A DNA stretch of 64,000 nt, taken from NCBI GenBank assembly GCA_965198945.1, contig CBDAQI010000001.1:128001-192000 (forward strand). The letters are read 5' to 3'. Every line of letters starts with the position of its first letter. Position 1 is the stretch's first letter. Made by a program: the position numbers and the translations under genes. Positions 29,743-41,334 of this stretch are shown here, one piece after another. The notes beneath the pieces are model-generated. The model did no database searches. It was not told where the DNA came from and worked only from the letters and a program-made list of their open reading frames with translations. The stretch comes from Thermodesulfobacteriota bacterium. Its GTDB lineage: Bacteria; Desulfobacterota_D; UBA1144; Nemesobacterales; Mycalebacteriaceae.

Positions 29743-32700
29743 ATGAAAAACGACTTCGTCCATCTTCATCTACATTCCGAATACTCTCTTCTGGACGGGG
29801 CGATAAAGTTCCGGGATCTTGTTGAGAGAGTGAATGATCTGAACATGGGCGCGGTTGCAATTACAGACCACGGCAACCTGTTCGGGGCTTACGAATTCCA
29901 CAATGAGGCGAAAAAAAAAGGGCGTTAAGCCCATAATCGGTTGTGAAATCTACGTTACCCCCACACTTAAACTTGACAGACCTTCGGACGGAAAAAACTT
30001 CCACCTGACCGTTTTGTGCATGAATGAAGCGGGTTACGCAAACCTTTCCAACCTGGTTACGCGGGGTTATTTTGAGGGGCTTTACAGGCGTCCCAGAGTT
30101 GACCACGAAATGCTTGACGAGCATAACGAGGGTTTGATAGTTCTGAGCGGCTGTATGAGCAGTGAGCTTTCCCAGTCAATTTTCAAGACTGTGAAAGCAA
30201 CACCTGAGTCGGTGATTTCAACCTACAGGGAAATCTTCGGCGACAGATACTATCTTGAGGTCCAGGCCACCGGGATAAAAGAACAGACCCGCATAAACAA
30301 AGAACTCAAAAAACTTGGCGACCGTTTTGACATTCCGCTCGTTGCCACAAACGACTGCCATTTTCTGCGACGCTCCGATTACGGTCATCACGATGTTCTT
30401 CTCTGCATACAGACCGGCAAAACTCTTGAAGACCAGGGCAGAATGAGATTTCAGGGAGACGGTTTTTACCTGAAAACAAGGAAAGAGATGGAGGAAACCC
30501 TCAGAGGTTTTGAAGACGCGATAGACAGAACCGTTGAGATAGCGGACAGATGTAACTTTGAGTTCAAAAACGAGGGATACCGCTTTCCGAAATTTGAAGC
30601 CTCAGAGGGTATGGAGTCCGATCATTTTCTTCATAAACTAGCCGCCGAAAAACTCAGACAAAGGCTTTCTTCGCGCCGTATTCCGGACGACGCGATGAGA
30701 CAATACGAAGAAAGGCTCAATTATGAGATTGAAGAAATCTGCAAGATGGGTTTTGCGGACTATTTTCTTGTGGTCGCAGATTTTGTCGGATTCGCCAAAA
30801 GGGGCGGCATTCCGGTCGGCCCCGGTCGGGGGAGCGCGACCGGAAGTCTCGCCTCCTACGCTCTGGGAATAACAGACGTTGACCCCATTGTTCACAAACT
30901 GATTTTTGAACGTTTTCTCAATTCCGGAAGGATCTCAATGCCGGATATAGACATTGATTTCTGCACCGAAGGGCGCGAAAAGGTAATAGAGTATGTAACC
31001 GCCAAATACGGCAGTGAGAAGGTTGTGCAGATAGGCACTTTCGGCAAGATGTCTTCAAAGGCCGTCGTGCGGGATGTCGGAAGGGTGATGGGGCTTCCTT
31101 ACGGCGAAGTGGACAGAGTTTCAAAGCTGATTCCGTCTTTCCGGGGAAAGGTTTTCAGCATAGAAGACGCCGTTACAAAAACCCCCGAATTGAAAAGGCT
31201 TGTTGAGAGTTCGGACAAAATCACCGAGTTGATTGAAACGGCAAAGCCTCTTGAAGACATGGTGCGCCATTCATCCACCCATGCGGCCGGGGTCGTGATA
31301 GCGAGTGACAGGATTACGGACCGTATTCCTCTTTATAAAGGCAGCAATGGGGAGATAGTAACTCAATTTGACATGGGCGCCGTTGAGAGTCTGGGATATG
31401 TTAAATTTGATTTTCTCGGACTGAAAACTCTCACCGTCATAAATAAGGCCATAGGCCTTGTAAGCGAAAAATCAGAAGCCGCCGCTCCGAATCTGGAAAT
31501 AGACCATATGCCTCTTGATGATAAGGAGGTCTACAAGCTTTTTGCTTCCAGAAACACTCACGGGCTTTTTCAAATAGAGTCTTCTTCGGGAATGGTTTCC
31601 ATGCTGCGCAAATTGAAGCCCGAGCGTTTTGAAGACATAGTCGCGGCCCTTGCGCTTTACAGACCCGGCCCCCTTGACAGCGGCATGGTTGATGATTTTA
31701 TCAAAAGGAAAAGCGGCAGATCGCGCGTTTCGTATCCGCACCCGCTTCTCAAAGACATTCTTTCCGAGACTTACGGTTTGTTTGTTTATCAGGAGCAGAT
31801 AATGAGAACGGCTACCGTCTTTGCCAACTACAGCCTTTCGGATGCGGACCTTATGAGAAGGGCGATGGGCAAGAAAAAACCCGCGGAAATGAAGGCGCAG
31901 AGGGAAAAATTTTTGTCAGGCGCCACGGAAAAGGGCATAAAAAAAGCCAAAGCCGCAGAACTTTTTGATGTCATGGAGAAATTTGCGGGCTACTCTTTCA
32001 ACAAAAGTCACAGCACCGCATATGCGCTCGTCACATACCAGACCGCCTACCTTAAGGCGCACCATCCGGCGGAGTTTATGTCTGCCCTTATGACCATTGA
32101 TGCGGGCGATAATGACAAAGCGATAGCGCATATGACGGAATGCAGAAAAATAGGAATAAGGGTTCTTCCCCCTGATGTGAACGAGAGCATGTCTGAGTTC
32201 ACCCCGGTTGATTCGGAAACCGTCAGGTTCGGTTTGTCCGCTCTGAAAGGGTTGGGCGCAGAAATGGTGGGAGCGATAATAGACGCGCGGCGGGACGGTC
32301 CTTTTGAGGATTTGTTTGATTTCTGTGCGCGGGTTCAGTCTAAGCGACTCACAAAAAAGGCTTTTGAGATGCTGATAAAGAGCGGTTCTCTGGACTCTCT
32401 TGAAAACAACAGGGCGAAACTTTTTGAATCCATTGACAAACTCTGTTCCTATCATTCGCTTAATCAGTCTTCCGGGAATGGGGGACAGGGCTCTCTTTTT
32501 TCCTTGTCTGAAACTGTTATTACAAGTCCGGTTCTTACGGAAACAGAGACATGGAGCGAAGAAAAATCCGCCCAATACGAGCTTGAATCGCTCGGGCTTT
32601 TTGTTTCAAGCCACCCGATGATAAGGTATTCGGAGCAGTTGGAGATATTCGCCTCCCATGCGGACACGTCAAAGTTTCATGACCTTCCGGATAAAAAAGA

Positions 32701-33193
32701 GGTTTCTATTGCCGGAATTGTGCGCTCGGTTTCAATCAAGACAACAAAATCCGGCTCCGGTCTGTTCGGCAGAATTGTGCTTGAAGACCTCAACGGTTCG
32801 GTTGAGGGGGTGGTTTTCAACGACACCATAAGCAAAAGCCGCCATTTGCTGGAACAGAAAATAGAACCGGTGATATTGACCGGAAACGTTGACGGTGATG
32901 ACAAAAAACAGATCAGAGTCAGGGAGGTTGTTTCCGTTTCCGAATTCATGGCAAGAGCGTCCAATGTTACCATCTCCATCAACGAAGAAGCCGCAAGAGA
33001 GGAGAATCTCGTAAAGCTTGAGGCTATTTTGAGTCAACACAGAGGTGAGTCAAAAGTCAGATTAGGCATCGGAGTTGAAGGCAAAATGGTTTTCATAGAG
33101 GTTGGCAAATACGAGGTTGAAACATCACCCGACTTTGTAAAAAAAGTTGAGAATCTTCTGGGAGGCAAATCCCTCTCGCTTGAAGTTCAGTAG
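29743..33193 (+). CDS. dnaE: DNA polymerase III alpha subunit; frameshift in A9 run at 29911-29919
   Basis: PHP start FVHLHLHSEYSLLDGA, AITDHGN in the 29611 frame; KPIIGCE, ATNDCH, GPGRGS, MPDIDIDF, KFDFLGL, GYSFNKSH in the 29855 frame. Confidence 0.96.
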
Positions 33194-33199
33194 TCGCGC

Positions 33200-35572
33200 G
33201 GAGTTTTCCGCCCTTTTTTAGCAAAAAGGATTTGATTTTGGTTATTTTCTCTCCGTCAGTGAAAACCGAAACCACCCCTTCCGTTTGCGTTTCGCGGATT
33301 TCCACACCCGGTTTTTCTGCTTCAATCTCCTCGCGGCATTTACCACATACAATCAAACCGGGACGCGCTGATTTCACTATGTCAAGGAGCACATTTTTGT
33401 TCTTTGAATTTATTTCCGGCAGAAACACAACATCGCTTCTGATTTCATCTCCATACATTTTTTCCACACTTCCGCTGTGAATATTGTAGATTGATTCCAT
33501 AATAAGAAACGCTTTGTCTCCGCATATAACTTTCACCATGACCGGATACGGAAACCGTGAGTCCGCAACACCCAGTTTTTCTTTTAACTGCAGGAACTTA
33601 ATACGCACCTCGCCATCTTCAGCCACTGTCTGAACGGGTTCGGAATTGTATATTTTTTTCCACTTTACTCCGTGTTTATCCACAGTTTTCCACAACTCAT
33701 TGTTAAGTTTTGGACTGTTTATTCACAGGTTTTCCACACCGTTTTTTTCTATCAACCCCACCGCGCCGTTCAGTTGACTCCGGTCATTTGAGAGCAAAAC
33801 AAGTATGTCAGTTTTTGTGATGCGCTTTTTTAGCAGCGCCGGAGAAACAACCGCCCGGTCTATAAAGCCTGACCGCGCTTTTCTTGAAAATCCCCCTTTG
33901 ATGAGAACGGTTTTTCCGTCCCGGAAAGTAAAAAGCGCTATATTCTTCCTTCCGGCGTCAAAAAATGAAGCTTCAATTTCTTTTCCTCCGGGCGAACGAA
34001 GGTCGTATCCCGCGCTTGCCGTAAGGCATATTCCGAGAACCAAAGCGGCAACAAGGTTTTTTCTCCCGCCCCTTACCAGAAGACAAGATGCGGCAAACAG
34101 GTAGAAAAGCACGAAAGTTCTTGTTTCAAACGCGGGAACGTTTGGCGCGGGCGTGACGGAGGAAAACGTTTCAGCCGTTTGCATAAGCAATGAGGCCAGC
34201 AGGGAAAGTGTGTCCAGAATAAAGCCCGGTACGAATCCTGTGACTGCGAAAACTGAAAGTGAGACAATGCACAGCGGGACCATGGCAAGGGCCACCGGCA
34301 TTGCGATGATGTTTGCCGGAAAAGTCATAACCGGCAGAACCCCGAACATATTTATTACAAAAGGAAGTGTTGCGATTGTTGCGGCGCCGGTTGTGAACAA
34401 AATTGCGGATGCGGCGTCCGCAGTTTTTCGCCCAAGTGTTTTTCTCTCCGGTTCAGGAATTTTTTCTTTCTTTGCTCCGAAACGGTTTAGGGCGAGAAGG
34501 ATTCCGAGCACGGCCGAAAAGGACAGTATAAATGAAGCCTCAAAAAGCGCTCCCGGAGACGGAAGAAGAATAAGTATGGCGGCCGCGGCAAGGGCGTTGA
34601 GTCTGTCATCATGTCTTCCGGAAACCAGAGCCGTCAGATACACCGCAGCCATAATTGCCGCACGCACCGATGAGTTGCCGAAACCTGCCAGCAATGAGTA
34701 AAGAAAAACCGCAGGTATTGTCGCAAGCGCGGCGATTTTAGGCACGATGAACGAGACTGTCAGATATTCGGACCTTTTCAGAAGCCACTTTACAGACATA
34801 TAGAAAAACAAAGCCGCAACTCCGAAATTGCGAACAGGTGGCCTATTCCGACCGCGCTGAATTTTCTTTTCAAGTGCTCAGGGACGGCGCCCTTCTCGCC
34901 TATTGAAAGAGAGTTCAATATCTCCGCCTGCGCCTGCGGAAGATTTTTTCTTATAAAAACTGCGTAATTTCTGCGCAGCCCGTTTGCAAGACGCAATATC
35001 GGATTTGCGCTTTCATGTGTTTTTCCGGTTTTAATTTTTGCACTGTCAGAGTAGGCGGTAAAGAAAACGCCTTTGGAAGCGAGCCGCTCCGCATAGCCCG
35101 TGTTCCCGGGATTTTTGAAATCTTCCGCCCGGCGAATCCGCAGCGGCGCCCGCACTGAGTCGCCGTAGGCAAGGTTGTCCAGTCCGTTTGAGTAGACAAT
35201 TATCTTCCCGTCCGCACGGAGGTCTTCGCCCGAATGCGAAACTGTTTCAACTTTGAGCGGAATTTTGACACTGCCGGGCCTTTTCTGCGCGTTTTCATAA
35301 AGCCAGCCGGTTACAACAGCCCGCCGACCCTCATTTGCAACAAGTGCGGGGTCGGGAGCTTCGTAATCAAAAAATGGAAGAATAAGACCAAGCGGGAAAA
35401 AAATCAGAAAACCGGTTTTGCGCAACCTCACCACCGTCATCAGGAAAGGCAGTGAAGCTGCCGCGGCATAGTAGGCCGACGGCATCTGCTGAGCGGCGGT
35501 TATTCCCAAAATCAGCAAAACCGCGCACACAACAATTTTGTGTTTTGAAAACAGCGCCTGAGCTTCGGACAT
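33200..35572 (-). pseudogene. comEC: ComEC/Rec2 competence DNA-uptake channel, disrupted
   Basis: Three pieces: 34790-35572 (DUF4131/OB region, NPG..Y, GIGHLFAIS), 33723-34811 (SSVRAAIM, ASFILSFSAV) and 33093-33695 (degenerate MBL). Frameshift at ~34820 removes the SGxH motif; in-frame TGA at 33723-33725; 3' end approximate. Confidence 0.82.
33460..33738 (+). promoter_or_regulatory. Cluster of DnaA-box consensus matches
   Basis: TTWTNCACA matches at 33460 (TTTTCCACA), 33676 (TTATCCACA), 33686 (TTTTCCACA), 33719 (TTATTCACA) and 33730 (TTTTCCACA), all in the same orientation. Confidence 0.55.
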
Positions 35573-36057
35573 CAGTCCTTTTCTTCAATCAGGCAGACGG
35601 CCTTGGCCGCTATTCCCTCTTCCCTGCCCGTGAACCCCATTTTTTCAGTGGTTGTGGCTTTGATATTAACCGCGTCTTTTCCGGTTCCCAGACTCTCCGC
35701 TATTTTTTCTTCCATTTCTCCCGTATATGCCGAGAGAAGGGGTTTTTCGCAGATGATAACGCAGTCCGCATTTGCCGTTTGAAATCCGGTCCGTGAAAGT
35801 TTTTCGCGCGTCCGTTCAATCAAAAACGCTCCGCTCACACCTTTGTATGCGGGGTCTGAATCCGGGAAATGTTTTCCGATGTCTCCCAGACCCGCCGCGC
35901 CGAGAAGCGAGTCGCATATTGCGTGAGCCAGAACATCCGCGTCCGAATGCCCTTCAAGCCCTTTGTCAAAAGGAATTTCCACACAGCCGAGAAACAGTTT
36001 GCGGTTTTCCGCAAATCTGTGAGCGTCAAACCCGATTCCGACTCTCACGCGCTTCAT
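35572..36057 (-). CDS. ispF: 2-C-methyl-D-erythritol 2,4-cyclodiphosphate synthase
   Basis: GIGFDAH, GHSDADVLAHA, GDIGKHFPD, KATTTEKMGFTGR. Confidence 0.97.
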   Translation of the reverse strand: MKRVRVGIGFDAHRFAENRKLFLGCVEIPFDKGLEGHSDADVLAHAICDSLLGAAGLGDIGKHFPDSDPAYKGVSGAFLIERTREKLSRTGFQTANADCVIICEKPLLSAYTGEMEEKIAESLGTGKDAVNIKATTTEKMGFTGREEGIAAKAVCLIEEKD

Positions 36058-36806
36058 GCCGCGCCGTCCGCCTCAGTAAAAATACCTTTTTTTATGTTTT
36101 GCCCCATAGCTTCGGCGATAATAAAATCCTCTCCGGTGGTAATTTTCATATTTTGTCTTTTTCCGCCTTTTATTACCACTTCGTGTCCGCTTCCTTCAAA
36201 AAGAGAAGTTTCATCCGTTATTTCCGAAGGGTCTCCGGAAAAGTTTTCATAGATTTCTCCGAGCAGTTTTTTCCGGAACGCCTGAGGAGTTTGAACTCGC
36301 CACACTTCTGAGCGCGGGATGTTTTTCAGCAGGATTCTGCCGTCCGCACGTTTTCGGGACGGCGCAAGGGTTTTCTTTATGGTGTCATCAAGGGGAATTG
36401 CCGTCGTCGCCGCTCCGAAACCTAGCGCTGCGGAAATAACTGCGGAGATGGACTCCTCGCTGACAAAAGGTCTCGCCGCATCGTGGAAAACAATCACTTC
36501 GCAATCATCTCCGGTCTGCTCAAATCCCAGACGCGCCGACTCAAAGCGTGTTTTTCCTCCGGCGATGATTCTTGCTTTTCCGATTCCGAACTTTTCCATG
36601 ATTTCCCCGACCCGTTCAATATGGTTTGCGGGGGCGGCTATTATAATCTCCCTTATAGCCGCGCATTTCTGAAAAGTTTCCAGACTGTGGGCAATAAGCG
36701 GCTTTCCGCAAAGTTTGAGAAACTGTTTCGGAAGCCCGCCGATGCGTTCCCCGCGTCCCGCGGCAAGAATGACCGCTGATGAGGAGTTTTTTGTGTTTTC
36801 GCTCAT
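36054..36806 (-). CDS. ispD: 2-C-methyl-D-erythritol 4-phosphate cytidylyltransferase
   Basis: LAAGRGER..PKQF, GGKTR..S, HDAARPF, QTPQAF, N.KITT.ED. Confidence 0.96.
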   Translation of the reverse strand: MSENTKNSSSAVILAAGRGERIGGLPKQFLKLCGKPLIAHSLETFQKCAAIREIIIAAPANHIERVGEIMEKFGIGKARIIAGGKTRFESARLGFEQTGDDCEVIVFHDAARPFVSEESISAVISAALGFGAATTAIPLDDTIKKTLAPSRKRADGRILLKNIPRSEVWRVQTPQAFRKKLLGEIYENFSGDPSEITDETSLFEGSGHEVVIKGGKRQNMKITTGEDFIIAEAMGQNIKKGIFTEADGAA

Positions 36807-36908
36807 TGGGAAATGCTATATTCCGACGCCTTTTGAGGCAAGCGGCAAAATTTCTTGAAATAACCGCCTCAAATACTCATAATATGCCCGTTCACGGGAG
36901 CTTTTTAT

Positions 36909-37649
36909 TTGAAGGTCCAAACCCTTGCCAGCGGAAGTTCGGGAAACTGCACTTTTATAGACAGCGGCGCCTCAAAAATTCTTGTTGACGCCGGTATAAG
37001 CACAAGAAGGCTTTCCAGAAAACTGGAATCAATAGGCGTGCGAATGAGTGAAATAGACGCGGTAATAATCAGCCACGAGCATTCCGACCACACAAAAGCC
37101 ATAAAAGACATAGCCGTTCCGGTCTATGTTTCATCAAAAACCGCCCATCTCTGGAGAAGTGATGTTGGAATTCTCCGCGAGTTCCGCACCGGAGAGCCTT
37201 TCAAAGTGGGAGATGTTCTCATAACCCCGTTTCCCGTTCCGCATGACGCGCTTGACCCGGTCGGGTTCACGGTTGAGTCGGCGGGCAGGAAAGTCGGAAT
37301 TGCCACCGACATAGGGTCTGTAACCGGTATCGTTTCGCAAAGATTGAAAGTTTGTGACATGCTCATAATAGAATCCAATCACGACGAGGGGAGGCTGCTC
37401 GCCGGGAAATATCCCTGGGAACTCAAACAAAGAGTGGGCGGCCCGCTGGGGCATCTTTCAAACCGCCAGTGTTCTAAACTTCTTGAGAGTGTGGCGCACG
37501 GCAAACTGCGGGTCGTTTTACTGGCTCATTTGAGCGAATCAAATAATCTGCCCAGTCTCGCCCTTGAAGCCGCTCACAGTGTTTTAAGGGGTTTTTCAGC
37601 CTCACTGCACATTGCTTCAAAAGACTCCGGGGAGGTGTTTGTGATTTGA
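36909..37649 (+). CDS. MBL-fold metallo-hydrolase, YycJ/WalJ-like
   Basis: LASGSSGN, SHEHSDH, HDA.DP, ESNHD, GHLSN, AHLSESNN. Confidence 0.9.
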   Translation: MKVQTLASGSSGNCTFIDSGASKILVDAGISTRRLSRKLESIGVRMSEIDAVIISHEHSDHTKAIKDIAVPVYVSSKTAHLWRSDVGILREFRTGEPFKVGDVLITPFPVPHDALDPVGFTVESAGRKVGIATDIGSVTGIVSQRLKVCDMLIIESNHDEGRLLAGKYPWELKQRVGGPLGHLSNRQCSKLLESVAHGKLRVVLLAHLSESNNLPSLALEAAHSVLRGFSASLHIASKDSGEVFVI

Positions 37650-38938
37650 TTTCACGATACAGCCGCGCGGAAATGACGGATATTTGGAGTGACAAAGCGA
37701 GGTATTCAAAATGGCTTGAAGTTGAGCTCGCAGTCTGCAGGGCATGGGCTAAAAACGGGAAGATACCGAAAAAAGCGCTCGCTGAAATTGAGAAAAAAGC
37801 CGCTTTTGACCCCGAGAGGATCGCGGTGCTTGAAAAAGAACTCAAACACGACGTCCTTGCGTTTCTGACTTCAGTTTCTGAGAAAGTGGGTGAAAACTCA
37901 AGATATATACATATGGGCATAACATCTTCCGATGTTCTGGATACCGCGTTTGCCCTTCAGCTCGGCCATGCGGCGAAAATCATACTTAAAGACATGAAAG
38001 ATGTGATGAAAGTTCTTAAAAAAAATGCGCTCCGGCACAAGCAAACCCCAATGGTCGGAAGGTCTCACGGAGTGCACGCCGAGCCCAAAACTCTCGGACT
38101 TGTTTTTGCCCTGTGGTATGACGAAATGGCGAGAAACCTTTCAAGGATGACCCGGGCCGCCGAACAGGTGAGGGTGGGCATGATGTCCGGACCGGTCGGC
38201 ACATACTCAAGCGTTCCGCCCGAAGTTGAGAAGAGTGCCTGCAAAACGCTGGGGCTTAAACCCGCCGCCATATCCACCCAGATAATCCACCGCGATATAC
38301 ACGCGGAATATTTTCTGTGTCTGTCTCTTGTCTCCGCCGCGATTGAGAGAGTTGCCACCGAGATAAGGCATTTTCAGAGAACTGAGGTTCTTGAAATGGA
38401 AGAGCCGTTCGGAAGCGGTCAGAAGGGGTCTTCCGCTATGCCTCACAAGAAGAATCCGGTTTTGTCGGAAAATCTGTGCGGCCTTGCCAGAGTTGTCCGT
38501 TCCAATTCGTCTGCCGCACTTGAGAACATAACCCTCTGGCACGAGAGAGACATAAGCCACTCGTCCGTTGAAAGAATTATTGCACCGGACTGCACGATCC
38601 TCACCGATTTTATGCTTGTGCGTCTGAAGCTGATACTTGAGGGGCTTGTGGTGCACAAAGACCGGCTTGCTGAGAACATGGATTTGACAAAAGGTCTTAT
38701 TTTTTCTCACAAAGTTCTGCTGAAGATTATTGACAAAGGTGTTTCTCGTGAGCAAGCCTATTCAATAGTGCAAAGAAACGCGATGAAATGCTGGGAGAAA
38801 AAAAGCGGTTTTTCAGAAGCCCTCAAGACCGATGAAGAACTTGCGGACATTCTTTCGGAAGGTGATATTGATGACTGCTTTGATGTTTCAGGAGATTTTC
38901 AACATGTTGAAACGATTTTCAAGAGAGTTTTCGGCTGA
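37646..38938 (+). CDS. purB: Adenylosuccinate lyase
   Basis: KHDV.AF, TSSDV.D, GRSHGVHAEP, GSSAMPHKKNP, WHERDISHSS. Confidence 0.97.
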   Translation: MISRYSRAEMTDIWSDKARYSKWLEVELAVCRAWAKNGKIPKKALAEIEKKAAFDPERIAVLEKELKHDVLAFLTSVSEKVGENSRYIHMGITSSDVLDTAFALQLGHAAKIILKDMKDVMKVLKKNALRHKQTPMVGRSHGVHAEPKTLGLVFALWYDEMARNLSRMTRAAEQVRVGMMSGPVGTYSSVPPEVEKSACKTLGLKPAAISTQIIHRDIHAEYFLCLSLVSAAIERVATEIRHFQRTEVLEMEEPFGSGQKGSSAMPHKKNPVLSENLCGLARVVRSNSSAALENITLWHERDISHSSVERIIAPDCTILTDFMLVRLKLILEGLVVHKDRLAENMDLTKGLIFSHKVLLKIIDKGVSREQAYSIVQRNAMKCWEKKSGFSEALKTDEELADILSEGDIDDCFDVSGDFQHVETIFKRVFG

Positions 38939-39945
38939 ACGGTTCCGCGCAGTTTTTGCGGTTTGTCTCTGTGTTTTTCTGCTCGCCTGCGGGGGTGGGG
39001 ATGAGCGGGGCAGCGCTTCTACCGGAATTGAGGAAAAGACTCAAAAAGCCGCCACATATTTTGCGGATAATTTTTCGCTCTTTATCCCCGACGGATACAC
39101 GGTTGAAGCGGTGAACAACGGTAAAAAGGGGGAATTTATAAGCGGCACATTTACAGTCCTCTCCCCGCAGGGTGAAAAGGCTGATATTCCGCCCATTCCT
39201 TTTCTTCTCACTTTGGACGGCAGGCACCTTCTTCTCGGAGCGGAGGGGCCGCTTGATGAGGGCGATTATGAACAATCGGAGATAAATGGCTTCAAAACCG
39301 TGCCCGATTCTTTCAGGAGAGCTCCGGTTGTTCTGATTGATGCGGACGGACGGACGGTGGCGGCGAGCAGAATAATGGATGTCTCCGTTGATTACGCGGA
39401 AAGGAACATGCGGCGGATTTCTCTCAAACATGCGCCCGTTCTCGGAGATCCGGACGCGGATGTCGTGGTTGTTGAGTTTTCAGATTTTCAGTGCCCCTAC
39501 TGCGGTGAGGCTGTGGAGATGCTAAGCGGGGTTCTCTCTGAATTTGAGGGACGTGTGAAACTCGTTTACAAACAGTTTCCGCTCAGTTTTCATGACTGGG
39601 CGTATAGCGCTTCCGAGGCGTCTTACTGCTTCCGCAAACATGGGGGTGATGAGGCGTTCTGGCGTTTTCACGACGAGGTTTTCTCAACTCAGCGGACTAT
39701 AACAAAAGACAATCACAGAGAGCGTTTTGCCGCAATTGCCGAAGGCGCGGGACTTGACCCGCAGGAAATTCTTCTCTGCATGGACTCGGGGGAAATGAAA
39801 AAACTTGTTGACAGGGATATAAGTGAGGCGCGCGAATTGAGAGTTGATGGAACCTCCGGGATTTTTTGTTGACGGAGCAAAGGTTCCGAACGACCCTGAT
39901 CTTTTGAAAAAAGCCATCAATCTCCGCCTTTCCCGCAAAAACTGA
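38904..39945 (+). CDS. DsbA/thioredoxin-domain lipoprotein; probable frameshift near the 3' end
   Basis: Lipobox LLAC, EFSDFQCPYC, YKQFPL.FH; ORF stops at 39872, but removing one C at ~39853 restores GTPGFFVDG... to a stop at 39945. Confidence 0.8.
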
Positions 39946-39954
39946 CCGCCGGCT

Positions 39955-41178
39955 ATGGATTTTGTAAAGTATGCGAGCCTGAAAATAAGAGAGAGTCTTC
40001 CCCGTATCCGTGAGTGGGAGGAGTCTCATTTGAAAAAAATTCTGCCCCCGTTCTATTGTTCGGCGGATATAAGGGTTTCATACCGGAAAGCCGCCGTGGT
40101 TGACACCAACATATTCCCCGGCCGGTTTTAACAACCTGTCCGCAGTTTTCCGTTCACGTCTGGGTTCTCTTCTAAAAGAAACCATATCAATTAAACATCC
40201 CGGAACTGAAAAACTGCTCATAGTTCCGGAAGTTCACACCCGCAACCCTCACTACTGGAAAATGTGAAGACTCTTGAGCAGGTGCTTTCTCATCAGGGTT
40301 TCGGTGTCAGGGTGGGTTTTGTTGACGAGAATATCAGGCGCGAATCCATTTCCGCAGTCGCGTCAGGCGGCGGGGATGTGAAAGTTTTCAATATCCGCAG
40401 AGAGGGTTCCGGAATTGCCGCAGGTGATTTTGTTCCGGATGCGGTTCTGCTTAACAACGATTTCTCCGACGATTGTCCTTCAATTCTCCGAGACATAACA
40501 CAACCGGTTTTGCCTCCGGTGGAAATCGGCTGGCATTCACGCAGAAAAGACGTCCATTTTCAGTTTTACAACTCTCTTGCGTGTGAAGCCGCATCGGTGT
40601 GCGGAATTGATCCCAATACAATTACAGTTGAGACCCGTCTGCTTGAGGGAGTTGACTTTGATGAGCCGGGCCAGCAGAGAGGATACGGCACGCACTGCTG
40701 ATGAAATGATTGAAAAAATCGCAAGGTGGGGGGGTGAAAACCCGTTTCTTTTTCTCAAAAGCAACAGCGGCACTTACGGGATGGCGGTAGTTTCGGTGAG
40801 GGACGGTGATCAGGTGAGAAATATGAATGCGGGAAACAGAAAAAAGATGCGGGCCGGAAAATCAAAAATTCCGTCCGCACAAGTGGTTATTCAAGAGGGA
40901 ATAGAGACCGCTCTGGAAACATCTGACGGCCTGCACCGCCGAGCCCGTTTTATACATGGTGGAAACTGAAGTGGCGGGGCGGCTTTCTACAGGGCCAATT
41001 CAAAAAAAAGCGGAAGACAGAATCTCAACTCCGCGGGCATGGAATTCCGGCAGTTTCCGGACGGAGTGAGTGTTTTTTCAGGAAATTCCCGAACTCCTGT
41101 CTCTGTGCGCGAAAATAGCCGTTATAGCAGCAGGGATATGAGATTGAGAAGGTTATGCTTGAGGGAGGGTGCGATTAG
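39955..41178 (+). pseudogene. gshA: Glutamate--cysteine ligase (GshA, Acidithiobacillus/ATP-grasp type), multiply frameshifted
   Basis: Motifs across frames: PPFYCSADIR, VDTNIFP.GFNNL, PEVHTRN, LLNNDFS, GWHSRRK, KSNSGTYGM, VIQEG, NLNSAGM; about seven 1-nt indels (pseudogene or poor consensus). Confidence 0.8.
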
Positions 41179-41334
41179 AGGGGGTTGAATACGCTGAGTA
41201 ATACCATAAAACCATCCAAGAGTTACGGGATGTTAAAGGACAACTGCCAACAGCATGGCAAACATTAAAAAGACTGAATAATTTTTCCTAGTCAGCACCT
41301 CACCCCTTTATCTGGTGCCATAAGCCGGACCTTG

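Noticed and set aside
33723..33725. Selenocysteine or recoded TGA in comEC
   Set aside because: Context suggests Trp, other genes use TGA as a normal stop, and the gene has a second independent lesion
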